Of a DNA stretch of 64,000 nt, positions 24,191 through 36,155 are shown in pieces; position 1 is the stretch's first letter, and every line of letters begins with the position of its first letter. The notes under the pieces are model-generated. The model was not told the DNA's origin. It worked only from the letters and a program-made list of their open reading frames with translations, and made no database searches. Position numbers and translations under genes: made by a program. This DNA is from Vitrella brassicaformis CCMP3155 (Eukaryota; Protista; Chromerida): contig CDMY01000279.1 in assembly GCA_001179505.1 (NCBI GenBank), positions 62,001 through 126,000 of the forward strand, written 5' to 3'.

Positions 24191-24620
24191 TCGAGGCCCC
24201 CCCCCACCACCAAGGGCAACACGGCCCCGCCAGCGTCGAGGCCTCCCACCACAACCAAGGGCAACACGGCCCCGCCAGAATCGAGGCCCCCCACCACCAC
24301 CAAGGGCAACACGAGGGCAACGCGGTCCCGCCCGCGTCGAAGGCCCCGCCAGCGTCGAAGGCCCCCACCACCGCCAAGAGGACCCGCCACCACCACAGGC
24401 AAGGCGGCCCCGCCCCCGCCAAGAGGACCCACCACCACCACCAGCAACGGCAAGGCGCCTCCGGCCACCACCAGGATGAGCAACGGCAAGGCGCCTCCGG
24501 TGCCGCCGAAGCCCACCACCACCAGCAACGGCAAGGCGCCCCCCACGAGCAGCCATAGCAAGGCGCCCCCCACCGCCAGCCATGGCAAAGCGCCCACCAG
24601 CAGCAAGGGGAAGGCGGCGC
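24130..24620 (+). repeat. Minisatellite encoding Pro/Thr/Lys-rich repeats (APPASRPPTTTKGN; SNGKAPP)
   Basis: Repeated units of about 45 nt (ccccgccagcgtcgaggcc...ccaccaagggcaacacgg) and repeated cagcaacggcaaggcgcc. Confidence 0.8.
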
Positions 24621-24978
24621 GCGGCAGCTTTGGCGCGGGTTCGCACATCCTGATAGGCAGAGAACAAGATATTGCATGTCGCTGCCGATGTGGCGATGCC
24701 ACATATTGCTGCCTACATTTTATATTCGTCAGTGTGTGTCTCTGTTCCTCCCGCTGCCAACGTGATGCCCTCTGAGACACGTGTTGTGTGAGGATGTCTG
24801 AGTGGGTAGACGGATGCGCGAAGAAACTTTGAAGGAAACTCTCGTCGAATAAGTGTCGCATTCAGTGCATGTCCGATCGATCACATGAGCAAACCCATCA
24901 CTTCCATTACATAGCCCAAACCGCACGGAAACCCCTACCAATGCATTGACAGCCTCTCCAAAGAAAGAAATGAGGCAG

Positions 24979-26439
24979 TCAGGACGAGGGGCCAAACGCC
25001 TTATCTTCGAGACCATATCGCCTCAGCAGCTGCCGCACGGCAGCCACGGTGACAGGGAACCGCTCATCGACAGTCACCTCGCCGCCCACCTCCACCTCGG
25101 TCGTCCTGATGACGATGCGCCCACGGACGACGGAGACGGCGGCCACCACAGACGCGCCACCGAGCAGCAAGACCACGATGCCGCTTCGTACTCCCATCAT
25201 ATCTTCCTGCCAATCTTCCTGCCAGTCGATGACGGATATGTCAGATCCGTCGATCCAAGAAGCTGACAGAGCCCCGTAGCGGGCAGGTCCCCCAATCAAC
25301 ACGTCGACGTCCAGAACTTCAGTCATGCGGGAAGAAACCTCGTCAAACTGCAGCAGCGTGTCGAGGGCAAACGCGCTGAATGAAGGGTAGACTGGGCGGT
25401 GTGACGTGCTGCAGCTGATGGGCGGGTCAGTGGGGCGATATATCGGCCGAATAAAAGGCCGCAGCCGCCACAACTCGTCCCCATCGATAACGCGGAGCCG
25501 CCGCACGCCGATTTGATACCATTGCACCAGTCTCGTCCGTCGGTAAATCAAGGAGGCGACAGCCCATCCACGGTGGCAGGCCGCGCTCACAAAAATGGGC
25601 TCAAGGCAATAAGCTAACATGCAGAGCAGAAACCAGCCAAGTCCGCGCCACTCAGCATCCTGGGCTTTGGCGACGAGGAAGTAATACAAAGCCAACGGGA
25701 TGCCCACGACACCACAGCCGCACACCAGCAGATAGATGTTTTCGAGTGCCCGAGGCGGGACGCGGCCCAGCAGGTTGGCCGGCAGGACCCACAAGTCTGT
25801 ATCCTCCTGGTCGCCCTCGGTCAGCTGCAGGGGTGGGCTGATGCTTTGAAGCCCACACCCCACCAGACCGCCAAATATCTTGTAGACGGTCATGGCAGCA
25901 GGCAGCCGATGCAAAGTCGCCATGTCGGGCACGTGAGCCGCCACACTCTCGGCCGACAGCAGCACAGGCAGCTGGCCAGCCACACCGCAGGCACCTGCCA
26001 CCCTGATAAATGTGGCCATATGGCGCCACTCGGCCGCCCGCTCGATGACGTAGGCACACCGAGCGAGATACCCAAATCGCGAGAGGGATGACGGGAGGGG
26101 AGGGGCCGAGGGGTCAACGCCGCGGTCCCTCTCCACATCGAGGAGGCCGGGGAGCTGCTGCTGGGCCAGGGAGCTGTTGATGCGACGCAGCAGGAACGCC
26201 TCATCGATCAGCTGAGTGCCGTAGGCCTTGCCGACCGCCCGGGCCCTCAAAGCATCGTCGACAGTGAGAAAGGAAGCGAACACACGGGCCAAGACGTCAG
26301 CAGGAAGCCCTTGATGGTCAGCAGTGTCATGAGTCGCGACGACCGATAGCAAATGCTGGCTGATGGACGAGGGGTCGCCAACCGCCACTCGTCGGTAAGA
26401 ATAGCTACGGTGCCGTCGCTTGGGCAGCAGCCAGCTCAT
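24979..26439 (-). CDS. Intronless 486-aa F-box-like family protein; copy B, inverted paralog of 5381-6805
   Basis: MSWLLPKRRHRSYSYRRVAVGDPSS...GLPADVLARVFASFLTVDDALRARAV...ERFPVTVAAVRQLLRRYGLEDKAFGPSS, co-linear with copy A. Confidence 0.8.
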   Translation of the reverse strand: MSWLLPKRRHRSYSYRRVAVGDPSSISQHLLSVVATHDTADHQGLPADVLARVFASFLTVDDALRARAVGKAYGTQLIDEAFLLRRINSSLAQQQLPGLLDVERDRGVDPSAPPLPSSLSRFGYLARCAYVIERAAEWRHMATFIRVAGACGVAGQLPVLLSAESVAAHVPDMATLHRLPAAMTVYKIFGGLVGCGLQSISPPLQLTEGDQEDTDLWVLPANLLGRVPPRALENIYLLVCGCGVVGIPLALYYFLVAKAQDAEWRGLGWFLLCMLAYCLEPIFVSAACHRGWAVASLIYRRTRLVQWYQIGVRRLRVIDGDELWRLRPFIRPIYRPTDPPISCSTSHRPVYPSFSAFALDTLLQFDEVSSRMTEVLDVDVLIGGPARYGALSASWIDGSDISVIDWQEDWQEDMMGVRSGIVVLLLGGASVVAAVSVVRGRIVIRTTEVEVGGEVTVDERFPVTVAAVRQLLRRYGLEDKAFGPSS

Positions 26440-26994
26440 CGTTGTTGCGCCCGATGTGCGTGTGGATCACACCAACACAGGACTGACGTTGAGCCGACGA
26501 GCCATCAGGACGGAACTGTGCAGATCTGTCGACACACACACACACACACACATATGCATGTCGATGACCGTCGACGCCAAGGTGTACTCTCACTTGTAGA
26601 AGATCTGACCTCGGTGTGGGCCGCCCTGCTTGTCAGATGACGACGACAGCCTGCAGATCAGATGGACAAACAGGAGGACACGTTGATCAACATGTGGAGT
26701 CTGTTGCACATCCATCCCATCACGCATACCGCACCTGACAGAGGGCGTCCACAGCACAGAGGTAGTCACGGCAGATCTGTGCTCCACTTTGCCGACCTCT
26801 TCGTTGATCAATGCCGTTGCCGCCTCACTGTCGCAATCTGGCAGATGAGATGGCCATATCTGGGCTACTTTCAACGGGAGAACACACTGCGAGCTCAAGC
26901 TCGAGCGGCATTCTCCTCGACGACAGAGGCGTGCAGACCCGTTGAAGCCGCAAAGCAGCACTCCGATCCATAGCTTTCGCTGCTTGGCTGCCCG

Positions 26995-28971
26995 ATGGCT
27001 GCCAGTGCCGCCGCCCAGGTGAGAAAAGAGGGAGCTGCAGGCCAGGCAAATCCCTTCATCATGACGTGAATCACTTGTGCTGTCTGTGTGTGGTTTGTCG
27101 TTCGGTTTGGTGCAGATGAGCCCAGTGGTGCGGGCGCAGCTGCTGCCTCAGGTAGAAGGCTATAGGACGAAGCAGGCTCAGGTATCAGCTGACGTCCAAC
27201 ACACATACCAACTCGTCCATTCCATGCAGCGCCTCCCAAAACTCATCGGCTGCTTCGTGTGTGTGTGTGTGTGTGATGTGCAGGTCAACAGCTGCATCGA
27301 CCAACTCCTGCAGATGCAGACCACAGCTTCGATGACACCACTGGTGCGGCAGGCTGCCAAGCAGCACACCGACAACCGCAGCACAAAGGCCTCTGTGTCA
27401 TGTTGCCCTCGTCTTGGTGAGTTATTTGTCAGATGGTGGATAAGCTGAGTCGTCAATTTGCTGCTGCGTCCGAGATGCTGGCCGAGTTGGCAGAGACCAT
27501 CAACTCGACCATCGCACTCACAAGACATAGCCGCACACAGGTCAGTGGGGGAGTGACCACAGGCTGACACAGACGCAAGACCCACACTGATGTTGCGTGC
27601 ACGGCTTGTGTGTGTTGCGTGTCTTGTGTCGTCAGGCGCGACGGTTGCACCTGACTGACATCCCTGCCAACCCCATGAGCGTCGTCACTGAACTGTCTGA
27701 CCTCACCACCATCGCCCACCTCAAGTCGACAGCCCGCCACTTCACCAACGCCGTGCGGCCCGTCATCAGCAATATTCGGCTGCCGAAGGCCATCGAGCGG
27801 GCGGGGGTGGGCGGTGTGGTGCAGTTCGACGATCAGCTGAGCGACGGCGACGTGATGAAGGCCATGTGGGTGGTGGAGGAGGGGGGCGAGGGCGGCTGGG
27901 GGGAGGTGGCGGATACACTCAGATTCGCTGAGCCTTTCGGCTGCTGCCAGCTGCCGGTCACTGTGGGTGCTGTAGATCTGCAGACACACGCCACCAAGGC
28001 GGTAAGCACGACACACAGAAGAGGCAATGGGTGAGCTGCTGGATGTGTGTGTGTGTGTGGCTGCAGGACTACTCGTCGCTGCCCCGTTTCTGTACGCAGT
28101 GGATGCTCGTCGGCCGCTGTGTGGCCTTCCGCCGCCCCACTGGCCAGCAGGACGGCACACTCCAGCTGTTCCGACACAGCAACAACGAGATCCGCGTCAT
28201 CTGCAACGAGCCCGGCTTCACCATCACCCTCAACCCGCCCCTCCCCCAGCCCAACCGCCCCGTCCATCCCTTCTCGCAGCACCCCTTCGCCCACCACGCC
28301 AAGCCACACGACCCGCCAGTCCGCCACCGCATCGCGTGGGAGTCTGGTGTGGGCTGGGGGACGGTTGGCGTCAACAACGGGGCCGGCTGGGCATCGGCCA
28401 GCTGCATGTTGAAGGGGCTGCTGCTGACTCATCGGGTGTTTGCCGTGGGCGGCTTCACCTACTCGCCAACGGTGGTGGTAAACCGGTGAGTGGATGGAAG
28501 GCACGCAATGAGAGGGCAAATCGCTATGTGGTGCGCTATTGACGTGTGTGTCAGGAGTGCATGTGGCGGCCACCTCGGCCGCATCATGATTCGATCGCCA
28601 CATACGCCCCTCAACGGATGTTCGGACGTGACGACATGGGAGGCGGCCGATGGGACCTGTGTGCAGCTGCATTTGTTGACGACGTCGAACGACCCGTTTT
28701 TCGCATACATTTTCTTCGAGATTCCCCCAGGCAACAACCAGGACGGTACGCCTACACATTGACAACACATCCTGATGCTGTCGTGTCGTCGGATCAGCCG
28801 CTCCTCTCTTGTCTGCATGCAGTCCACGTCACCATCAATACCACCGAGGCGCCAGCAGCAGGTGTCCCCCATGACGCCCCCTTCGCCCATCGGTTCCGCC
28901 TGACGGCCGCCAAGGTGCGTCGCGTCCTCGGGCCCATCGCACCTATCGTGCTCGACGGCCAGGCGCCATGA
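26995..28971 (+). CDS. Intron-containing distant member of the same F-box-like family (no TM insert)
   Basis: Spliced exons MAASAAAQ / MSPVVRAQ... / RQFAAASEMLAEL... / ARRLHLTDIPANPMSVVTELSDLTTIAHLKSTARHF...AMWVVEEGG...WGEVADTLRFAEPFGCCQLPVTV...HDPPVRH...INTTEAP...FAHRFRLTAAKVRRVLG. Several motifs align with copies A and B. Confidence 0.7.
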
Positions 28972-29887
28972 CCGTGAAGGTGAGAGCCCCGCCGATGATG
29001 CAGACATGCATGTGATGTGTATGCACAAGACGCCTGTGTGTTGGTCTCTGTCCTGCAGGATGGTCGTGTGGCTCGAAGGATGAGCCGCTGGACTGGGCGG
29101 CTGACTGGCTGGCGGGCTCTTAGTGGGATGGTCTGTCTGCGAGTTGGATGCATGTGGTGCAGCCGGCCGAATGGGATGGACTCTTCCGTGCGGCCTGTCG
29201 GCTGTGTGTGCAGACAGACAGACAGGTGCACGCGCCGACAAAAACTGAGATGAAGGGATTCTCTGGTAAACTGGTCTGTCCGTCACGCCCCATGCACACA
29301 CACCGCCTGTTGTCTGTACCGTCGGATCCACCAATCGACCCAATCAATTGACCGAGAATGATATGACCCCACCCATCTTCACAGGCACCGCACCCAGCCA
29401 CGTCCCCTATGCATAGCTGCCTCCTCGCTCACTCCCTGGCACCTGTTCGCCCGTTATGTACCTCTTTATAATAGAGAGAGGATTGAACGTCCACGTGGAC
29501 GCTCGTGGGCTTAAGCACGTGCGTGTGGCACTGACAAACTTATTTCTCTATATCTTTATCCAAATCTCTCTCTCTCTCTCTCTATCCTTCCGTTGTCTAT
29601 AAATGTGACCCTTCTTCTCATACACATAGACCTCTCTCTGCCTGCCTGCCTGCCTGCCTGCGTGTGTGCGTGTGCACTTGTGCTGGAGTGACGGGTAGGA
29701 CAGACTGACGGATAGCGCTGCCGCGTGGCCGATTGATGAATGAAACGCATAAACAAAGACGACGTGTTCAATCCACCCACTCGACCATGCGACATCAATC
29801 GCATCGATCCTCCGTGCAGTTGCCGCATACGAACGAAACACACAAGTCCTTGCAGCCCCACGCTCTCATTGACAGCAAGCTGGTCAG

Positions 29888-31083
29888 TCAGCGGAGGCCG
29901 ATCTCTCTGGCGGCAGACAACGCTCTGAAGGAATTACGTACGTGACATGCGCATATCGACACACTGTGTGTCTGTGTGTCGATATGCGCTGTGTGTCTGT
30001 GTGGTGTATCTACCTTTGTCGAATGGTGGGCGAGTCTGTGAGGAGCTCCTCCAGCCGCATGCGGTCGCCAAGGCAGAAGTCGTCGGCCCACCGCACCACC
30101 TGCAGCGCAGCCAGCCAGCCACAATGTCATGTGCTCACATCCATCCATCCATCCATATCTCCCCTCTCTCTTAGCGTGGGTGTCATTTAGGTACCTCTTG
30201 CTGCATGAAGCCAGGGTCGTGGTCATAGCCTGTCAGCCAGGAGCCACACAAGACAGACAGACATGTATACCATCACACGACTGCACTTGCCCCCCCCAGC
30301 CACCTGTGTGTGCGTCGTAGTCTGGGTGCAGCCGTCTGATCTTCGGATGGGCCGACAGGGGGAAACCGCTCCGCTCACGCACACTGAACTCGTGCTGCAA
30401 CACACAATACAATACACCCAGTACAATACACCCAATGGCACACACACACGTGTGTGTCATGGTGGCTTGCTGACCTCTGCTGCCAGTGGTTTGAAGAAGC
30501 CATCGACGAGAGACGCCGCGACCGAATTGATCGACTTGACACACACAGCCAAAGAGACAGACAGTGTCTGCACTCAGGTGGATGGGGGACTGGTGGGTGG
30601 CTGCTGTTGTCACCTCACCGGGTGTGCCCATTGTGGCGGGTAGTAGTACTTCTCCGACTCGCGTGTCAGTGAGGCGCGGAGGCCCTCCAACAGGTCGGGA
30701 TGAAGCTGAGGAGGACACCAGAGGCATGTGAGAGTGTGTGCGTGATGCATGGCCATCCATCTGAATGCGTGTGTGCATACCATGAGTCTGTGCAGTACTC
30801 GTGTTTCGAGTGTGAGTGCCTCCGTGAGGCATCGCTCCTCTATAGCCTCGTACATCTGGACAAGGGAGTCCTCCTCAGCCGTGGAGGGCAGCCGCCGGCT
30901 GATCCTCACCATCCTGATCGACCAAGGCGCCACAGCCACCCCCACACAAACCATTAAAAGCCCTCTCTCTCTCTCTCTCTCCCTTCTTGCCTTTTCCACT
31001 CGTCCGCCATGACGCCTGTTTCGGCCATCAGAGAGTGGCGCAGCCGCTGCACACGACGGACCAGCTCAAACGTCAGCTGACGC

Positions 31084-31114
<31 letters not shown>

Positions 31115-33419
31115 ACACACATCGCCCCCCGACCCACGATGTCTGCCTGTGCTCACCTGCATTGCCAGTGGTGAGTTCTCCCTCATCTGTTGGAGTGTGT
31201 CCTGCGCCCAGACAGCCACAGTCTTGTCGCTGTAGGCCGTCGTGGCCAGCCTCTCCAGGTGCCGCTCCACATCAACCAGCTGCACACACGAGCCACACAG
31301 AAAACACCCATTATGACACGTACACACATGAATCGTGTGTGTGTGTGCATGCTTGTGCCGCCCTGCACTGGCCCCCTCGTAGCTGCCTATCTGTGGCTGT
31401 CTATGAGAGGGCAAAGCACATCAGGGGGGCTGAGGGTCTGTGTGGCAGGCTCTTAGTGCGCTCCAGCACACAGGGCAACACGAGGAGCGAGTGGATTCCT
31501 GCACTCCTGGCTGGCTGTCTAGCCCTCTGCCTCTCTGGCTGTGGGTGGTGTGTGGATGCTGACCGAGTCTCTCTGTGCGAGGGCTTTGTTGATCTCCTGC
31601 TCCCACCGGGCCAGCTTGAAGCCATCTGCCAGACACACGGAGAGAGAGAGAGAGGCGGTGAGATGGTGCTGGTCTGCCGCTGTGTTTGAGTATTGCACCT
31701 ACCTGTTCTCTGGTCGTGTGGCGATGTGGGGTTGATGAAGTGCTCCTCCAGCAAGTGGGCGGCGTCACGCTCAGAGACCTCCAGCTGCTTCTGATGAATG
31801 ACACCAAAGATGGACACAGGGACACATACAGACAGACAGCCCTGCAAAGCAAAGGCCGCGTCCCCCTCCCTTTCTCTCTTTCACCTCGGATGTGATCTCG
31901 AGCAGCGGCAGTGCCTCAGGCGACATCCAATGGCGGGCGAGGCCACCGTGGCTGATCGATACGCACGCGCATTCACAGACAGACAGACAGACAGACAAGC
32001 AAGAAGGTGTGGCCCACACCGCCGCCCCCCTACATGAGGTCGGTGCCTCTGAGCGTCTCCCCCGCAAGCGCCACATAGAGCCCCAGGCCACTGCTCATCC
32101 TCGACAGCACATAAGACAACCCACACGTGGGAATGAAGCCCCAGCCTGACAAACACGACACGGCCGTGTGCAGGCGGGACGCATTTGGTTGTCTGTGTAT
32201 GTGCGTGGTCACTTGCGGTGTCGGTCTTGAATGTCGAGTGGTGGTATGCGCAGCTGCGGTTGGCCAGCAGCGGCCACGAGGCGCCTGCGTCCTCTGTGAG
32301 CGACACACACATCATAGAACACCACAGGGAGGCAGGCAGGTGTAATGGTATTGTGTTGTGTTTGCGCATCTGTACCAGCGTATCCGTTGAGGAGGAACAG
32401 GAGTGGCTTGTAGTACGTTGCCACCATGTAGCTCACTTCCTGGGAGTTGCGTATCCACGCCGCAGCGCTGGGCAGCACCTCACCCTCCACCACACACGAC
32501 TCGGCCAACAGCAGCAACACTGCAGGGACAACAGACCGCCATGCCCTCTGCCCTCCCCCAACAAGCCACGCTTACTTTTCTTGTCGATCCCGAGTGAGAA
32601 ATACGGCCTCGTCAGGCGAACGCTGGTGGGCTCCCCGGTGTCCCAGTCAGTGCCCATGTCGCCGCCCTCCCCAATGAGGGATGCATCTGGTGGCCGCACG
32701 TAGCCGTCATGCAGCGAGTGGATGGGGGGGACGGGGGAGGACTGGTCGGTGACGCTTCTGTGCTGGGTGGTGGAGGTGACGGCCACGAAGCGCTTCAGTG
32801 AGTGGACCTGCAGCGGGCAGAAGACAGAGAGAGGAAAGGAAAGATTGATGGATGGATGGATGCTCTGTGGATGTGATGACTGCACGAGCTCTACGTCCTT
32901 GTTGCGTTGCGGACCTCAAGATCTCTCATCTTTCTGTAGAGCATGTTGACGCTGCGCAGGTCCCAAGTGTCACTGACCCACAAGGAACGCATCGACGCAA
33001 GAGGACCGACCCATCGATCATGTGCTCCTATCCTCCCTCACGTGTTGATGAGCAGCATGCCCATGCCCACGTTGTTCCGTTCCAGCACTGGTGCCCTCAT
33101 GGTCCCGTCGTCGGCATGCTGATACTCGTCAACCGAACGAGCAAACTGAATGAACAACAGAGGCAAACAATGCACAGACACACAGCGATGCTGTCGCTTT
33201 CTGGCTGACCAGAGGGTCTTCGGGGTCCACAAAGTGATCATCTTGACGGAAGAACCCGGTGCGGACCCACCGAACGGCGCCACTGCCAGCCATGCGCCTC
33301 ATACCACTCAGGGCGCTGCCAGCAGAGGGAAGGAAAAATGGGGGATCTGATGGTCGCGGCACGCTTGGCTGCCGCAGCGACGCAATGGCTGTCCTCGCAG
33401 GCCTCATAGAGCTGGCCAT
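29888..33419 (-). CDS. 3-hydroxyisobutyryl-CoA hydrolase (enoyl-CoA hydratase superfamily)-like protein, probably mitochondrial and non-catalytic
   Basis: Arg/Ser-rich leader MASSMRPARTAIASLRQPSVPRPS. Family segments SYMVATYYKPLLFLLNGYA, GFIPTCGLSYVLSRMSSGLGLYVALAGETLRGTDL, LQQMRENSPLAMQ and HPDLLEGLRASLTRESEKYYYPPQW. About 13 or more exons. Confidence 0.8.
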
Positions 33420-33609
33420 AGAAAACCTCCCAAAGCCGCCTCGGATGATGAGCTTCTTTTTGGAAGATCTGTCTACTGCAGCTCCCTGCTCAGCTTAGCT
33501 CGCAGATTTTAAACGGCCGAACCGTTTGCCGAGAAGCCAGCGTCCCACGACAAACGTGCTCTTCACTCCCTGTGCTCTGCTGCTTTTTCCGGAGGGCGAC
33601 GACAGAAGA

Positions 33610-35624
33610 ATGAGTAGTGCAGAACATCGGCCACTGAGACGGCCGCCTCCTTCGAGAATGTCGCAGCAGCCTCCATCACGACAACCACTGCGCCAAAGTC
33701 GGAACACGTCAGGGCCGCAGGCTGCTGCATCTGATGGGCATAGGGCAGTCTCACAGCCGCCGAGGCAGCCGCCCCGTGGCCAGAAGGGCCAAAAGGGAGA
33801 CGGCGAGAAAGACTGCAAGGGAGTCGGAGGTCCGTCCCAGGGTCCGTTGGTGTCAAGGGGCCGCACATTGACGAGGAACGTGTCTTCAATGGTGGCCGGG
33901 TCGACCAAAAGCACTCGGATTCCGTCTGACGCCAGTCACGACGCCGCTGAGGTGACAGTGGGGGAGATACTTCAACAGGTCAGTGAGTGAATGGACACCG
34001 AACAAGGCAGAAATGATGCACTTTTTGAATGCATCCGTGTGTTGTCGACAAGCAGCTGGCTGGGCTTCGCTGTCAAGTGCGCCAGTTGGCCAAGAGCATC
34101 CCATCCCAACGGAGCCTCACTTTGCCCTCTCGCGACCACACGCCTCCTACAGCCCCAGCACCCAAGAGAGAGCCCCCCAAGGCCACAGCAGCCTTGCGAA
34201 CTCAGCGCCGTATCTCTCTCGTGGAAAGGAAGCCCGAGCCGTCCTTGTCAATGTCTGCCTTGACCATTCCAATTCGGTGTCGTCCACGGACGACGCCGTC
34301 ATATCCGCGCTGGCAATCCTTCGAGGACCTGCCGCCTGTGTGCATCGCAGCCATACAAGGCAGGAGGGCCGCCACGCAGGAGTCACTGTGGGATTTTCGA
34401 GCACATGCAGGACGACATCTCTCTTTTTCGGCCGGCTCTGCCAGAGACCAGAGCCGCAGAAGGGCAAGAGCTGGTCGTCGCCGCGATTGCGTGTCTCCCT
34501 CTCCGCCTCAGCATTGTGCCACGAGGATGGCAAGGCGGCTGCTGAGTGCCGGTGTGTCCGTCAATCGGCTCTATGAGGACCCTATGGCCGTCAGTGCGGC
34601 TCTACATCGTGCCCCCACGCAAACCAGCCTGAGAAGAAGCAGTGGCAGACGGAGGGAGAGCCGCCGAGCGATGGACGGCAATCAAGATCTTGTTCGCCCT
34701 GCACCTCCGGCTGTTGTCTACCACGTCATGCCGGAATGGATCCCACCGCCCCCAGGAGCAGCAGCAGCAGCACCAGAGGCGGCCGCCTACTGGACTCCAC
34801 AAGGCTGCTACGCCCCTGTGTGGCCTTCCCTCACTCCACCAAGTCGGTATGACTCGCTGTTCGACGACTACAGACGAACGGCGGAAACTGAAGAGCAGCA
34901 GCAGCAGCAGCACCACCAGCTGCAGCGCCCTGCGGTTTCCTGGAACAACATCCCCACCTTCGAATCTTGTCAGAAGGAGGCTCACGGTCTCACTCCACCA
35001 GCACGTGCCTCACCAAGCGCCCTAGGCGATTGCCTACACGAGCAGCAGCAGCAGCCGCACCACCACCGCAGCACGAGGGCAGGACAGCCAACGAGACACG
35101 AAGAACCAGCAATCGATGCGCGCCAGGCGCTAGGAGAAGAGGCACTACCCGCCGGGAGAGACACTGCCGGCACTTCAGCAGCGGTGGAGGTTCCCTGCGA
35201 TGATTGGCCTGCAGAGGGAGGGCGGCTGGCGTGTGAGGCGTCTGAGGGTCTTGCTTGTCGCGCGACAGGGCGGTTGTCGGCCTCTGCTGTGGCTGCGAGG
35301 GCTCGGCGGGCCAGGCCCCTGGCGCGAGTGACGAGAAAACTCTACCAAAAGGTGCAGATGCGATCGACGAGGCTGCCATACTTTTGTTTGTCTGCCTCCA
35401 TGCCATCGGTCGTCCTTCTATATATGTCTGTGTTTGTGTGTCAGCATCTATGTGTGGGCTTCACTCGTCTGACCACCCTGCGGTTCGCGTCGTCGTTGCC
35501 CTTCGTCCGGGGAGATCGGGGGCTGGACATCAAATCCAACAGGACCGCAGAGACACCAGCTAAAGAGTCCAATTTCGACCGCTGGCGGAGAAAAATCAGT
35601 ACGGGGGTGAGGCGAGGCGCGTGA
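33610..35624 (+). CDS. Hypothetical low-complexity (Ser/Arg/Pro/Gln-rich) protein
   Basis: ORF 33526-33990 ends near a donor (CAG|gtcagt), followed by the 531-aa ORF 34029-35624. No recognisable domain and exon structure is uncertain. Confidence 0.5.
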
Positions 35625-36155
35625 AAGAGAGAGGCACGACATGGACTTATCCTCCTGGTACACGTCCATGGGCGTCTTCGTGTGTGTATGGAACTCCTGA
35701 AGACATTTCTGCCTTGAATAATGCATAGTCACACCGGTACTTCACACGCCGTAGAAAGAACACTTGTGTTGATGGCTCGACGTAAAATGTAGGCAGTGGT
35801 GAATACAGCATATGACCGCAGGCGGACGGCCACACACAACGCACAGGTGTGAGTAACGAGATAGATTCTCTGTCTCCCCGATATCGCGTTTATGTCGACC
35901 GTCTTGTCTATCACATACGTAAGGTAAGGCTGCTGCACCCGAGCCCTGCACCACATCAATTGAATCACGGGTCTCTACCGGCACGATGCAGCCATAATGT
36001 TACCATACTGCAGGTGGTACGCCTGTCTGTCTCCCTGTCTGTCTGCCTGTCTGTATGCGATACACAGCTGGCTGGCTCGACGTGCAGACAGCACAAGCAA
36101 GCCACCACAGGTGGGCAAGGCCGGCATCTCATTCACTCATTCACTCATTCATTCA

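Larger units (their letters stand above)
22226..24775 (+). pseudogene. Degraded ubiquitin-specific protease (peptidase C19) with internal tandem duplication
   Basis: Cys box NLGNTCY at 22241-22261, then SKQVTIFRLPP...TISRF, His box YDLYAVTHHGGILNGGH, WLRFDD and STAYILWY. The last four exons occur twice. Copy 1 has a GT>CT donor mutation (22743) and an in-frame TAA (23033-23035). The central part of the catalytic domain is absent. Confidence 0.75.

Noticed and set aside
26570-26973. ORF MDKQEDTLINMW...EAAKQHSDP, sharing AAKQH(S/T)D with the next gene
   Set aside because: Only a short match. It could be a decayed partial duplicate, but the evidence is too thin.
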